Positions 1 through 11,130 are shown, counted from the first letter of the stretch. The stretch is DNA of 64,000 nucleotides from Candidatus Krumholzibacteriia bacterium (GCA_963836185.1 CAWIIQ010000003.1:352001-416000); one strand, 5' to 3'. Notes: generated by a model from the sequence alone, not told the origin. Translations and numbers: made by a program.

Positions 1-1
1 C

Positions 2-1006
2 AGCCTGAGGCAGTCCTTCCCCTGGTTCGGGACGCTCGGCGCCCGCGAATCGGTGGCCGAACAGGAAGCCTGGGCCGCCTACCGCCTCTTCCAGGCGGAG
101 AAGCTGAAGCTCGCCTACCAGGTGAGGAAGGCTTACAGCGAGTATTATCTCCTCGGCCGGCGCATTGAGATCGCGCGCTCGACGCTCGAGCTTCTCGACG
201 GCTGGGAGTCGATCAGCCGGACGAGGTTCGAGACGGGGCAGAGCGGGCGAAGCGACATCGTGAGGATAGAGATCGAGATCGCACGGGTTACCGACGCTCT
301 GCGCGCCCTCGAGGATTCGAGGGAATCCGCCGCGGAAGATATGAGAAATGCGCTTGGAGCGCCGGAAGGGACCGAGGTCCCTTTCCCCGGCGTCATGCCC
401 GAACCTGCCGCTATCGAGCCTGACACGGTGATGGCAGCGGTCCTGATCAACAATCCGTCAATACTGGCGATCGACCATATGATCATGCGCGAGGAGAACG
501 CGCTCAGGCTCGCGGGAAAGTCTGCATGGCCCGACTTCTCCCTCGGTCTGGATTATATAGACACCGGCCCGGCCCTCGATCCGGAGATGCCGGACAGCGG
601 CAAGGATCCATGGATGGTAAGCCTCAGCGTGAAGCTCCCGATATGGTTCGGCAAAAACAGCGCGATGAAAGATGAGGCGAGGGCGAAGATAGAGATGAAC
701 AGGTACGAGAAGAAGGATACGGAGGATGACCTGCGGGCACGGGTGGAGAAGGTCCTCGCTGAGCACAGGGACGCCTCCTCGAAGACGGAGCTCTTCGCGG
801 GCACGCTGATCCCGAAAGCCGAGGAATCGCTCGCCGTGACACTTATTGAATATGAAGGAGGGGACGCCGATTTCCTGCATGTGCTCGACGCGCAGCGGCT
901 TCTCCTCGATCTCAGGCTGGAGATGGAGGAGGCGCTGGTCAAACGGGAGATCAGGGCCGCCGAACTCGAGATGCTTGCCGCAATGACATTCCGGCATGAC
1001 AACTGA
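2..1006 (+). CDS. TolC-family outer membrane efflux protein (CusC-like), 5' partial
   Basis: The frame is open from base 2 (SLRQSFPWFGTL...). Coiled-coil OEP pattern, WPDFSLG and LPIW motifs. First gene of an RND operon. Confidence 0.85.
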   Translation, partial: SLRQSFPWFGTLGARESVAEQEAWAAYRLFQAEKLKLAYQVRKAYSEYYLLGRRIEIARSTLELLDGWESISRTRFETGQSGRSDIVRIEIEIARVTDALRALEDSRESAAEDMRNALGAPEGTEVPFPGVMPEPAAIEPDTVMAAVLINNPSILAIDHMIMREENALRLAGKSAWPDFSLGLDYIDTGPALDPEMPDSGKDPWMVSLSVKLPIWFGKNSAMKDEARAKIEMNRYEKKDTEDDLRARVEKVLAEHRDASSKTELFAGTLIPKAEESLAVTLIEYEGGDADFLHVLDAQRLLLDLRLEMEEALVKREIRAAELEMLAAMTFRHDN

Positions 1007-1017
1007 AGGAGGACGAG

Positions 1018-1545
1018 ATGAAGTCGATTATTACGATTCTTTTTGTGGTGCTGGTCGCTTTTGCCGTAGCAGTGCCGACCCTGAACGCTGAGGACAAGAA
1101 AGAGACCGGGAAGAAAGCCGAGATCCCCGAGGGATTCAACGCACAGACGACCTGTCCCGTGATGGGCGGGAAGATCACCTCTGATTCCTACACGGACTAT
1201 CAGGGACAGAGGATTTATTTCTGCTGTGCCGGATGCGAAGGTTCTTTGCTGAAGGATCCCGACAAGTTCTTCGAACAGGCGGCAAAGGACAAGGTCCTCT
1301 TCGAGAACGTGCAGACGACCTGTCCCGTTATGGGAAACCCGATAGACAAGAAGTTCTTCACCTACTACAAGGGCCGGGGGATCTACTTCTGCTGCGCTGA
1401 CTGCATCGAGAAGTTCAACGCAGACCCCGACAAGTACCTCAAGGTGTTGAGAGAGGCCGAGGAAAAGGATCACGAGGATCATGAGGGTCACGACCATGAC
1501 CATGAGGGACATGGTGGCGACCACGATCACGGCCATGGACACTGA
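1018..1545 (+). CDS. Exported tandem YHS-domain protein with His-rich tail (putative metal chaperone)
   Basis: Signal peptide, two QTTCPVMG...IYFCC..C units, C-terminal HEGHDHDHEGHGGDHDHGHGH, RBS AGGAGG. Confidence 0.85.
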   Translation: MKSIITILFVVLVAFAVAVPTLNAEDKKETGKKAEIPEGFNAQTTCPVMGGKITSDSYTDYQGQRIYFCCAGCEGSLLKDPDKFFEQAAKDKVLFENVQTTCPVMGNPIDKKFFTYYKGRGIYFCCADCIEKFNADPDKYLKVLREAEEKDHEDHEGHDHDHEGHGGDHDHGHGH

Positions 1546-1561
1546 GAAAAGGAAAAAGAGT

Positions 1562-3388
1562 ATGTCTGGACGCACACGCACCATCACTATCGCCGCGCTG
1601 GTCGCGGTGGCGTTCATCGCGGGGTTCCTGATCCGCGGGGGAGGCGAAAGCCCCCCTGCTGACGGCGGCGCCGCACGGCAGGCTGCGGCGGAGGTCTGGA
1701 CCTGTTCGATGCATCCTCAGATCAGGCTTCCCGAAGCGGGCAAGTGCCCGATCTGTTTCATGGACCTGATTCCCGTCGACCAGGGAGCGGGAGAGGATCT
1801 CGGGGACAGGCAGCTTGCGATGAGTGAGTCGGCGATAAAGCTCGCCGAGATCGAGACGCGGCCTGTCCTGCGCCGGCCGGCCGAGGCGGTGGTCCGCGCC
1901 GTCGGCAGCGTAGCACTCGACGAGACGCGCATGTCGGAGATCACTGCATGGGTCCCCGGACGCATCGAGAAGCTCATGGTCAACTTCACGGGCGCTTCGG
2001 TGCGAAAGGGCGATCCGCTCGCCGAGATCTACTCCCCGAGCCTGGTCAGCGCGCAGGAGGAACTCCTGCAGGCCAGGCGCGCATATGACGCGGCGCCCGA
2101 AGGGGACAGCCCGGCGCGTTCGACCCTGGATGCGGCACGTGAGAAACTCAAACAGTACGGGCTTTTTGGCAGCCAGATAGAGGCGATAGAGAGGGCTGGA
2201 AGTGTCAGAAGGCAGATCGTGATCTACGCTCCCTCGTCGGGAGTCGTCATCGACCTGGCCGTCAAAGAGGGACAGTACGTAAAGACGGGCAGTACCCTGA
2301 TGAGGATCGCCGACCTGTCAAAGGTCTGGGTGACGCTGAGGGCTTTCCAGAGCGATCTGCCGTTGATAAAGCGGGGGCAGGAGGTCAGCTTCAGTTCCAC
2401 GGCGCATCCTGGCGAGACATTCCCCGGGGAAGTCGTGTTCGTCGACCCTGTCCTTGATCCGAAGACGATGACGGCCGGAGTGAGAGCCGTCGCATCGAAC
2501 GAAGAGGGTAGCCTGAGGCCCGACATGTTCGTCAGCGGGGAGATATCTGTTCCCCTTGATACTGACGGCATGGATCCCCTCATTATCCCCGCCACGGCGC
2601 CGATGCTGACTGGAAAGAGGGCCGTCGTATACGTTCGGCTTCCGGGAAGCACCGGGCCGGTATTCGAGGGAAGGGACGTTGTTCTCGGTCCGAAGGCGGG
2701 AGACAGTTACGTCGTCCTCTCAGGGCTAGAGGAAGGCGAGCTGGTCGTCGTCAACGGCGCCTTCAAGATCGACAGCGAACTGCAGATCAGGGCGCAGCCC
2801 TCGATGATGAACCCGGACGGGGATGCTGCGCCGGTCCTGCATGAACATGGCGGGCATGAAACGCCGCCCGCTCGCGTTTCCGCCGAAGGGGCGGATGCGG
2901 AGAGGCCTTACGGTCACATCACGGCGGGCTTTGTCATGCTGAAGGAACTGGAACCTGTCTACGACGCCTACTTCGACGTCCAGATGGCTCTTGCCGGGGA
3001 CGACCACGCGAAAGCAGTTTCAGCTTTCAAGGATCTTGTAAAGAAGACCGCCGATGCCGATATGACAGCCTTCAAGCACCCGGTCCACGAATTCTGGATG
3101 GGTGTCTCATCGCGGATAGTCAAGTATTCCGCCGAAGGCAGCAAGTCCCGGGATATGGAGGAGGCGAGGGATTCGTTCTACCACTTGTCAAAGGCTGTCA
3201 TCGAGCTCCATGACAGGATCGGTCATGCAGAGGGAGACTTCTACCTCACCTTCTGCCCTATGGCCCGCGACAACACGGGGGCGTTCTGGATCCAGGAGGT
3301 CGACACGGTATACAACTCGTTCTACGGCGCAGTCATGCTGCGCTGCGGTTCGATCGAGAAGAAACTTCCATCGGCGGGGGGTGAGTAA
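1562..3388 (+). CDS. cusB: CusB-like RND periplasmic adaptor with N-terminal heavy-metal-binding domain and DUF3347-like C-terminus
   Basis: WTCSMHPQI...CPICFMDL motif, biotinyl-lipoyl/MFP core (GRIEKL, EIYSPSLVSAQEE), C-terminal FCPMA...FYGAVMLRCG. Confidence 0.85.
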   Translation: MSGRTRTITIAALVAVAFIAGFLIRGGGESPPADGGAARQAAAEVWTCSMHPQIRLPEAGKCPICFMDLIPVDQGAGEDLGDRQLAMSESAIKLAEIETRPVLRRPAEAVVRAVGSVALDETRMSEITAWVPGRIEKLMVNFTGASVRKGDPLAEIYSPSLVSAQEELLQARRAYDAAPEGDSPARSTLDAAREKLKQYGLFGSQIEAIERAGSVRRQIVIYAPSSGVVIDLAVKEGQYVKTGSTLMRIADLSKVWVTLRAFQSDLPLIKRGQEVSFSSTAHPGETFPGEVVFVDPVLDPKTMTAGVRAVASNEEGSLRPDMFVSGEISVPLDTDGMDPLIIPATAPMLTGKRAVVYVRLPGSTGPVFEGRDVVLGPKAGDSYVVLSGLEEGELVVVNGAFKIDSELQIRAQPSMMNPDGDAAPVLHEHGGHETPPARVSAEGADAERPYGHITAGFVMLKELEPVYDAYFDVQMALAGDDHAKAVSAFKDLVKKTADADMTAFKHPVHEFWMGVSSRIVKYSAEGSKSRDMEEARDSFYHLSKAVIELHDRIGHAEGDFYLTFCPMARDNTGAFWIQEVDTVYNSFYGAVMLRCGSIEKKLPSAGGE

Positions 3389-3393
3389 CGGGG

Positions 3394-6300
3394 ATGCAGG
3401 CCGGCGGACCTCACGATAAGGGGTTTTCGATACTCGACAAAGTGATCAGGTTCTCTCTCGAGAACAAGCTCGTCGTCCTGATCGTCCTGCTCGCTGTCGT
3501 ACTGTGGGGCGTGATGGTCGCTCCTTTCGACTGGCAGATCGATTTTCTTCCCCGCGACCCCGTTCCCGTTGATGCTATCCCAGATATAGGCGAGAACCAG
3601 CAGATCGTATTCACACGGTGGATGGGGCGCTCGCCCCGTGACATAGAGGACCAGGTCACATATCCGCTGACAGTTTCCCTTCTTGGCATTCCAGGCGTGA
3701 AGACGATACGGAGCTACTCGTACTTCGGATTCTCGAGTGTCTACGTGATATTCGAAGACGACGTCGAGTTCTACTGGTCGCGTTCGAGGGTGCTCGAGAA
3801 GCTCGCCTCGCTCGCGCCGGGGACGATGCCGGCAGGAGTCAGCCCGACACTCGGGCCCGACGCCACGGCCCTCGGGCAGGTCTTCTGGTACACGCTCGAG
3901 GGGTACGGCGATGATGGACAGCCCTCTGGAGGATGGGACCTCGACGAGCTGCGCTCGGTGCAGGACTGGACGGTGCGCTATGCTTTGATGTCGGCCGACG
4001 GCGTAGCGGAAGTCGCCTCGATAGGCGGCTTCGTGCGCGAGTACCAGGTAGACGTCGATCCCGACGCGATGTTCGCCTACGGGATAGGGCTCGGCCAGGT
4101 CTACGACGCCGTTCGGATGTCGAACATCGATACCGGCGCGAGGACGATCGAGATAAACCGGGTCGAGTACGTGATCCGCGGACTGGGATTCGTGAAAAAC
4201 GTCGGCGACCTCGAGAAGACGGTGATCGTCGAACGAGGCGGCGTGCCTGTCACCGTCGGCGATATCGCAACGGTGGCGCTCGGGCCGGCGGCGCGGCGCG
4301 GGGCGCTCGACAAGGGGGGCGCCGAGGCAGTCGGCGGCGTGGTAGTCGTCCGCTACGGCGAGAACCCTCTCGCGGCGATAAAGAACGTCAAGGCGAAGAT
4401 CGCCGAGATAGCGCCGGGGCTTCCGAAGAAGACCCTCCCCGACGGGACCGTCTCGCAGGTTCGCGTCGTCCCCTTCTACGACAGGACGGGGCTGATCTAC
4501 GAGACGCTCGGCACTCTCAACACGGCGCTGATCGACGAGATCCTCGTGACGATCATCGTAGTGCTCGTGATGGTGATGAACCTTCGCGCGGCCATGCTGA
4601 TATCGGGGCTTTTGCCGCTGACCGTGCTTGCCGTATTCATCGCGATGAAGAGTTTCGGTGTCGACGCGAACATCGTCGCCCTCTCGGGGATCGCGATCGC
4701 TATCGGGACGATCGTTGACATGGGAATAGTGATCACCGAGAACATCATGCGGCATCTCGCTGCGGCCGGGCCGGAGGAGTCACGTCTCGAGGTCATATAC
4801 AGGGCCGCCTCCGAGGTCGGAAGCGCCGTATTGACGGCTATCGCAACGACGGTTATCTCGTTCCTCCCCGTATTCGCGATGACCGCTGCCGAGGGAAAGC
4901 TCTTCAAGCCGCTTGCGTGGACAAAGACATTCGCACTTGTCGCTTCGGTCCTCGTGGCGCTCGTGATGATACCGCCGGCGGCGCACATGATCCTGCGCGG
5001 CGAGAGAAGCCGCGGGGAAAAGCGGAGCTACTGGATGGGACTGATATTGATCGGCGCTTCGGTATTCATCTTCTCGATCGGGCTGAGGCTCGTCGCCGGG
5101 GCCCATCTCTTCATGGGTGTCTGGCTTCTTCTCGGGCATTATCTACCGGCAGGGATTCGGGAACGTATCTCCAGTCACTGGACCCACATCACGATCGGCG
5201 CGGTCATAGTCCTGCTCGCCTCGCACTGGCGGCCCCTGGGATACGAAAGCCATTACATCCTCAACCTGCTCTTTGTCGGCGGACTTATCGGCGGGCTGCT
5301 GATACTGTTCAAGCTCTTCTATCGCGTATATGAGCCGGCGCTGAGGTGGTGCCTCTCGCACAGGAAGATCTTCCTCTCGTTCACCGTTGCGCTCGTTCTT
5401 CTCGGAGGCTTCGTCTGGAAGGGATTCGACTATTTCGCCGGTTTCATGCCGAAGCCGGTAAAGGCATCGGCGCTCTATATCGTCGCTCCACCATACCTTC
5501 CCCGGACTGGGGAAGGAGTTCATGCCGTCGCTCGATGAGGGGTCGTTTCTATACATGCCGACGACGATGCCGCACGCTTCGATAGGCGAGGCTCTCGACG
5601 TGCTGCAGAAGCAGAACATGGCATTCACAGCCATCCCCGAGATAGAATCGGTCGTCGGCAAGATAGGACGCGCCGATACACCGCTCGATCCGGCTCCGCT
5701 GTCGATGGTCGAGACCATCATCAATTATCAGGTCCGAATACGTCACTGACGCTTCAGGCCATGTAATGCGCTTCCGATACGATAATAGTAACAATGTTTT
5801 CTTCCGCGGCGCCGATGGGAGCCTTATCCCCTACAGCCGAGGGAAACCCTTCAGGAACTGGCGCGATCACATAAGGACCACCGATGACATATGGGACGAG
5901 ATCGTAAAGGCCGGGGCGATCACCGGCACGACCTCAGCCCCGAAGCTTCAGCCGATAGAGACGCGGATAGTGATGCTCCAGTCGGGGATGCGCGCTCCGA
6001 TGGGGGTCAAGGTCAGGGGGCCGGACCTCGATTCGATCGAAAAGTTCGGGCTCGAGATCGAGCGCCTCCTCAAACAGGTTCCGCAGATAGAGCCGGCGGC
6101 AGTGCTTGCCGACAGGATCGTCGGGAAACCGTATCTAGAGATCGTCATCGACCGCGAGAAGATCGCCAGGTACGGATTGTCCATGAGAGCGGTCCAGGAT
6201 GTGATCGAGGTGGCGATAGGCGGAAAGAATGTGACCACTACCGTTGAAGGCAGGGAGAGGTATCCAGTGCGTGTCCGTTATCCGCGCGAGCTTCGCGGCG

Positions 6301-7163
6301 ATATAGACGACCTCGGCCGCATCCTCGTTCCGGCGCCCGGTGGCGCGCAGGTCCCGCTCGGTGAACTTGCCGAGGTGCTGTTCGTGCGCGGCCCGATGGT
6401 GATCAAGTCGGAGGACACCTTCCTCACCGGGTACGTGATTTTCGACGGGAGGGACGGATATGGAGAGGTGGAGGTAGTAGAGGCGGCCCGCTCATACCTG
6501 CTCTCGCGTGTCGAGGCGGGGGAACTGGTTGTTCCCGCCGGTGTGAGCTGGGCATTCGCCGGCAGCTGGGAGAACCAGGTCCGCTCGGAGAAGAAGCTCG
6601 CCGTCGTCCTTCCGATGGCGCTGATGGCGATATTCCTTATTCTATATCTCCAGTTCAGGAGGGTCTCCACTACGTTACTGGTCTTCTCCGGGATATTCGT
6701 CGCCTGGGCCGGCGGGTTCATCATGCTCTGGCTCTACGGCAGGGGATGGTTCCTCGATTTTTCCGTCTTCGGCATTCACATGCGTGAGCTCTTCAACATC
6801 AGGCCGTACAATCTCTCGGTGGCAGTGTGGGTGGGGTTCCTTGCCCTCTTCGGCATTTCGAGCGACGACGGCGTCCTGATGTCGACCTATCTCGAGCAGA
6901 CCTTCGCGAAGAAAATGCCTGGCAGCCGAGGTGAGATCCGCGACGCGGTCGTCATGGCGGCGATGCGGCGGGTCAGGCCCGCACTTATGACGTCCGCGAC
7001 GACTATCCTGGCTCTTATCCCCGTGCTGACCTCTACCGGGAAGGGCTCCGACATCATGGTCCCGATGGCGATCCCCTCGTTCGGGGGGATGACCGTCGTT
7101 ATGATCTCTGTCTTCCTCGTCCCCGTCCTCTACAGCATCGTGGCCGAGCGGAGGCTGAGATAA
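3394..7163 (+). CDS. cusA: CusA-family heavy-metal RND permease (two frameshifts, about 5480 and 5730)
   Basis: Three consecutive ORFs (3394-5538, 5522-5749, 5766-7163) carry contiguous CusA motifs: VDAIPDIGENQQIV, LGPDAT, EFMPSLDEG, RVRPALMT. Confidence 0.88.
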
Positions 7164-7177
7164 GGGATTGCATTTAT

Positions 7178-7229
7178 TTTAACGGGAATCTAACATCCCC
7201 CTAACATTGCGCTCATCCGTGCATATTAT
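7178..7229 (+). promoter_or_regulatory. Putative Pho box array and -10 element of phoB
   Basis: TTTAAC (7178), TCTAAC (7189) and CCTAAC (7200) at an exact 11-bp period. TATTAT at 7224. Confidence 0.7.
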
Positions 7230-7277
7230 CTGTTAACCTGTAATTCGCTTAAGTCTGCGGACACTGAAAGGTGAGCG

Positions 7278-7967
7278 ATGGCACAGGAACATATTCTCGT
7301 TGTCGATGATGAAGAGGACATCCAGGAACTTGTCCGGTACAACCTCGCGAGGAACGGCTTCGACGTGACAGTGGTCGGGACCGGGGAGGCCGCCTTTGAG
7401 AAGGCGAGGGCAAAGTTGCCCGACATGATCCTCCTCGACCTGATGCTTCCTGGTATAGACGGGCTCGAGGTCTGCAACATCCTCAAGCATGACCAGAAGA
7501 CATCTCATATACCGATAGTGATGTTGTCCGCCCGTGGCGAAGAGGCTGATGTGGTTGCCGGGCTCGAGCTCGGAGCGGACGACTATATTACAAAGCCGTT
7601 CAGCCCGCGTGTGCTTGTAGCGAGGATAAAGGCCGTCCTGAGGCGCAGGTCCGAGGCACCTGCCAACTTGAGTGCGGTCCTGAAGAGGAAGGACCTCGTA
7701 ATACATCCCGGCAGGCGCGAGGTGCTCGTGAAAGGGAAGCCGGTGACGCTCACTTCGACCGAGTTCGAGATCCTCTACCATCTTGCGAGGCGTCCGGGCT
7801 GGGTCTTCACCCGGCACCAGATCATAGATGCGGCCAAAGGCGAGGAATACCCGGTGACCGACCGGTCGGTTGATGTACATATTGTCGGCCTGAGAAAAAA
7901 GCTCGGCCCGGTAGGCAAGCTTATCGAGACGGTCAGGGGTGTCGGTTACAGGTTCATGGAGAGTTAG
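7278..7967 (+). CDS. phoB: Phosphate regulon response regulator (OmpR/PhoB family)
   Basis: REC domain (VVDDE, LLDLMLP, KPF) plus winged-helix (RSVDVHI...LRKKL, TVRGVGY). Adjacent to phoR and pst. Confidence 0.9.
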   Translation: MAQEHILVVDDEEDIQELVRYNLARNGFDVTVVGTGEAAFEKARAKLPDMILLDLMLPGIDGLEVCNILKHDQKTSHIPIVMLSARGEEADVVAGLELGADDYITKPFSPRVLVARIKAVLRRRSEAPANLSAVLKRKDLVIHPGRREVLVKGKPVTLTSTEFEILYHLARRPGWVFTRHQIIDAAKGEEYPVTDRSVDVHIVGLRKKLGPVGKLIETVRGVGYRFMES

Positions 7968-9746
7968 ATGCATCCGAAGCGCCTCGTATGGTTCATATTC
8001 CCCTGGTACCTCGTCATCATCGTGGTCTCTCTGGCCATCGTGACGGGCTATTCCTCGCGCGCAGTAAAAGAATTTCATTTCAACACGACGGCGGATGATC
8101 TCGAGGCCAGAGCGGTTCTTTTTGAAAAAATGATCGCCGACAGGATCGATGGTCCATACTCAGTCGTAGACGGGTTGTGCAAGGAGCTCGGCGGCTCGAC
8201 AGGTACCCGGATAACGGTTATCCTGCCCGATGGGCAGGTCATCGGCGATTCGGACAGCGATCCGGCTTCGATGGAGAACCACGGGGACAGGCCCGAGTTC
8301 ATAAGGGCCCTGTCGGGGATGACCGGCTCCTCTATCAGGTACAGCGACACGCTCAGAAAAAGGTTTATGTACGTCGCCGTTCCGATCAGGGTCGATGGTG
8401 GGGTCCCCGGCGCAGTGCGGGCATCAATGCCTCTTACCGCTCTGGATCAGTCTCTGAAGACCATGTATCTGCGGATCATCATCTCCGGGATCCTCGTAGC
8501 GATAGTGGCTGCGGTGGTCAGCATGCTCGTAGCCAAGCGGATCAGCCGCCCTGTAGAAGAGATAAAGAAGGGCGTCGTTCATTTCGCGAGCAATGACCTG
8601 AGCTATCGCCTGCCCGTCCATGAACTGGAGGAGATCGGAGGGCTTGCCAGCGTTATCAACGAAATGGCCGGACGGCTCGAGGACAGGATAGAGACAGTCG
8701 AACGGCAGCGCAACGAGCAGGAAGCGATATTCTCGGGGATGGTCGAGGGCCTCCTCGTCGTCGACGAGAATGAGAAGATAGTACGAATTAACCCTGCCGC
8801 ATCTGGATTCCTGGGAGTTGATATATCCGAAGCGGAAGGCAGGATGATCCAGGAGGTCGTGCGTAACCCGTATCTCCAGAAATTCGTGGGCAGGACTCTC
8901 GGCAGTGCTGTCAATGTCGAGGAGGATATCACGCTGCGCAATGACAGGGGCGAGATGTATGTGCAGGCTCATGGTGTCCAGCTGCTGAGGCCCGATGGGA
9001 GGCTGCGCGGGGGCGTGATAGTCCTCAACGATGTAACGAGGCTCAGGAGACTCGAGAACCTGAGGAAGGATTTCGTGGCGAACGTTTCGCACGAGCTTCG
9101 GACGCCGATCACCTCGATAAAGGGATTTGTCGAGACTCTCCTGGACGGAGCGATGAAGGATCCTTCCGACGCAGCGAATTTTCTCAATATCATAGGCAGG
9201 CAGGCCGAGAGGATGGACAATATTATCGAGGACCTTCTGCTTCTCTCCGGAGTCGAACGCGGCCTGGAAGAGAGCAACCTCAGGGTCGAGAAGGCAGGTG
9301 TAATCGACATTATCAACGATGCCCTCGAGGTGTGTGATTACAAGGCAAAGGAAAAGAAGATCGATATCGAAGTCGACTGCGCTTCGGACATGGAAGTCGC
9401 GGTCAACGGGCCCCTGCTCGAGCAGGCTGTGATAAATCTGCTCGACAACGCGATCAAATACAGCGAGGAAGGGGGCCATGTGGTGATCGTCTCCGCGAGG
9501 CATGCCGAAGAGATCACTGTCGAGGTCCGTGACGAGGGGTGCGGTATCGATAAAGAGGATATGCCGAGGCTGTTTGAGAGGTTCTACCGCGTCGATAAGG
9601 CGAGGAGCAGAAAGCTCGGGGGGACCGGGCTCGGACTGGCGATAGTCAAACACATCATGCAGGTTCATGGCGGATCAGTAACGGTCATGAGCACACCTGG
9701 AGAAGGCTCCGCCTTCACGCTGCATCTTCCGGATTCCGCGTCATAA
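7968..9746 (+). CDS. phoR: Sensor histidine kinase PhoR (TM, HAMP, PAS, HisKA, HATPase)
   Basis: MENHGDRPE periplasmic motif, DFVANVSHELRTP, NLLDNAIKY, FERFYRVDKARSRKLGGTGLGL. Confidence 0.92.
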   Translation: MHPKRLVWFIFPWYLVIIVVSLAIVTGYSSRAVKEFHFNTTADDLEARAVLFEKMIADRIDGPYSVVDGLCKELGGSTGTRITVILPDGQVIGDSDSDPASMENHGDRPEFIRALSGMTGSSIRYSDTLRKRFMYVAVPIRVDGGVPGAVRASMPLTALDQSLKTMYLRIIISGILVAIVAAVVSMLVAKRISRPVEEIKKGVVHFASNDLSYRLPVHELEEIGGLASVINEMAGRLEDRIETVERQRNEQEAIFSGMVEGLLVVDENEKIVRINPAASGFLGVDISEAEGRMIQEVVRNPYLQKFVGRTLGSAVNVEEDITLRNDRGEMYVQAHGVQLLRPDGRLRGGVIVLNDVTRLRRLENLRKDFVANVSHELRTPITSIKGFVETLLDGAMKDPSDAANFLNIIGRQAERMDNIIEDLLLLSGVERGLEESNLRVEKAGVIDIINDALEVCDYKAKEKKIDIEVDCASDMEVAVNGPLLEQAVINLLDNAIKYSEEGGHVVIVSARHAEEITVEVRDEGCGIDKEDMPRLFERFYRVDKARSRKLGGTGLGLAIVKHIMQVHGGSVTVMSTPGEGSAFTLHLPDSAS

Positions 9747-9770
9747 CGGGCCGGAAAGCACTCACTGCAT

Positions 9771-9814
9771 TCTAACTTCGCCTTAATAATCCCTTAATAC
9801 AGCCGGTTTACTAT
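9771..9814 (+). promoter_or_regulatory. Putative Pho box array and -10 element of the porin gene
   Basis: TCTAAC (9771), CTTAAT (9782) and CTTAAT (9793) at an 11-bp period. TACTAT at 9809. Confidence 0.65.
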
Positions 9815-9930
9815 TCTGGTGTATGAAGTAGTCGAAAGACATGGAGGAACTGCCCGGGGCAGTAATCCCCGGAACTCGAACAATGGGTCAGGCGGGTGGG
9901 GTCCCGCCGAGTAAAAAGAGAAAGGACATC

Positions 9931-11028
9931 ATGAAGAAGATAGCGATACTGGTGATCCTGGTTATAGCGGTCGCTTCAAGCGCCGTTGACGCGGGCGAAT
10001 GGTACGAGAAGATCAAGCTCGGTGGAGATTTCAGGGACCGTTACGACGGCATCTGGGATGACAGCAAGGATTTCAACAGGAACAGGAACCGTATCCGCGC
10101 GAGACTCTCGATGAATGTATCGGTCAATGAAGACTTCACCTTCGTTTCACGATTCGCGACAGGGGTCAACGATCCAGCTTCTACCAACAGGACATTGACC
10201 GATGCCTTTACCACCAAGGGGTACTGGCTCGACCTCGCCTACTTCGATTTCCATCCAGTCAAGGCCGAGGGTCTTCACATCTATGGCGGAAAGATGAAGA
10301 ACTCATTCTACAAGCCTGCCAAGAACCAGCTCATCTGGGACGGCGACGTCAATCCTGAAGGTGTCGCGGTCAATTTCAAGAGGGACGCAGGGGAGAAGGT
10401 GTCGTATTTCCTGACCGGTTCCTGGTACACCATCATGGAGCAGAAGGCTGATCCTTACGTCTACATGCTCGGCGCACAGAGCGGCCTGAAGATCAAGACC
10501 TCAGAGAAGAGCCACATCGGCTTTGGAGCGAGCTACTACGGGTATGAGAACCTCAAAGGTTCTGAAGCCCTCTTCGACGGCGTGTTCTTCGGTAACACGT
10601 CCGTAGTTGACGCTGACAGCAATGATGTTTTCGCCAACGATTACAGGCTGATCGAGGGATTTGCAGAGTTCGGATTCAAGGCCGGTAAGGCCTCCTGGAC
10701 CGCCTGGGGCTCCTATGTAAATAACACTGCCGCAGACAGCCTCAACACCGGCTGGCTCGCGGGGCTCGGAGTAAAGAGCGGAAAAGGCAAAGGCGCCTGG
10801 GCGTTGGGCGGCTTCTACAAGTATGTAGAGACCGACGCTGTTATCGGCCTGTTCGCCGACTCAGATTTCGGCGGCGGCACGACAGACGTCAAGGGCTTCG
10901 CTTTCACCGGCGCATATGAGATAGCGAATAACGTCGCGCTTTCCAGCACCCTGTTTCTCAACAAGAGAGGCGTAGAAGAAGGTACGGACTTCACTCGGCT
11001 CTTCATCGACCTGGTATTGAAGTTCTAG
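9931..11028 (+). CDS. Putative outer membrane porin (likely phosphate-related)
   Basis: Signal peptide MKKIAILVILVIAVASSAVDA, GDFRDRY, RNRIRARL, LIWDGDVNPEG, C-terminal Phe. Lies between phoR and pstS. Confidence 0.75.
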   Translation: MKKIAILVILVIAVASSAVDAGEWYEKIKLGGDFRDRYDGIWDDSKDFNRNRNRIRARLSMNVSVNEDFTFVSRFATGVNDPASTNRTLTDAFTTKGYWLDLAYFDFHPVKAEGLHIYGGKMKNSFYKPAKNQLIWDGDVNPEGVAVNFKRDAGEKVSYFLTGSWYTIMEQKADPYVYMLGAQSGLKIKTSEKSHIGFGASYYGYENLKGSEALFDGVFFGNTSVVDADSNDVFANDYRLIEGFAEFGFKAGKASWTAWGSYVNNTAADSLNTGWLAGLGVKSGKGKGAWALGGFYKYVETDAVIGLFADSDFGGGTTDVKGFAFTGAYEIANNVALSSTLFLNKRGVEEGTDFTRLFIDLVLKF

Positions 11029-11046
11029 AGAATATGGCAATTAAGC

Positions 11047-11085
11047 CTTAACGGGAATCTGACAATGTCTTAACAGATGGCTAAC
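11047..11085 (+). promoter_or_regulatory. Putative Pho box array upstream of pstS
   Basis: CTTAAC (11047), TCTGAC (11058), CTTAAC (11069) and GCTAAC (11080) at an 11-bp period. Shares TTAACGGGAATCT with the phoB promoter. Confidence 0.72.
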
Positions 11086-11130
11086 AGAAGGAAAGTAGAT
11101 TTACAGGCAGAAAGGCTCAAGGAGGTCAAG

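Noticed and set aside
1465-1545. Short CAY/GAY-rich tandem repeats
   Set aside because: Explained by the His/Asp-rich protein tail.
3322-4755. Long antisense ORFs (also 8424-9668, 51607-52770, 60372-61436 and others)
   Set aside because: Shadow frames of well-supported genes in high-GC DNA, with no motifs.
5470-5770. Programmed frameshifting or stop-codon recoding in cusA and other split genes
   Set aside because: There are no canonical slippery heptamers or in-frame readthrough. Breaks are scattered indels across unrelated genes.
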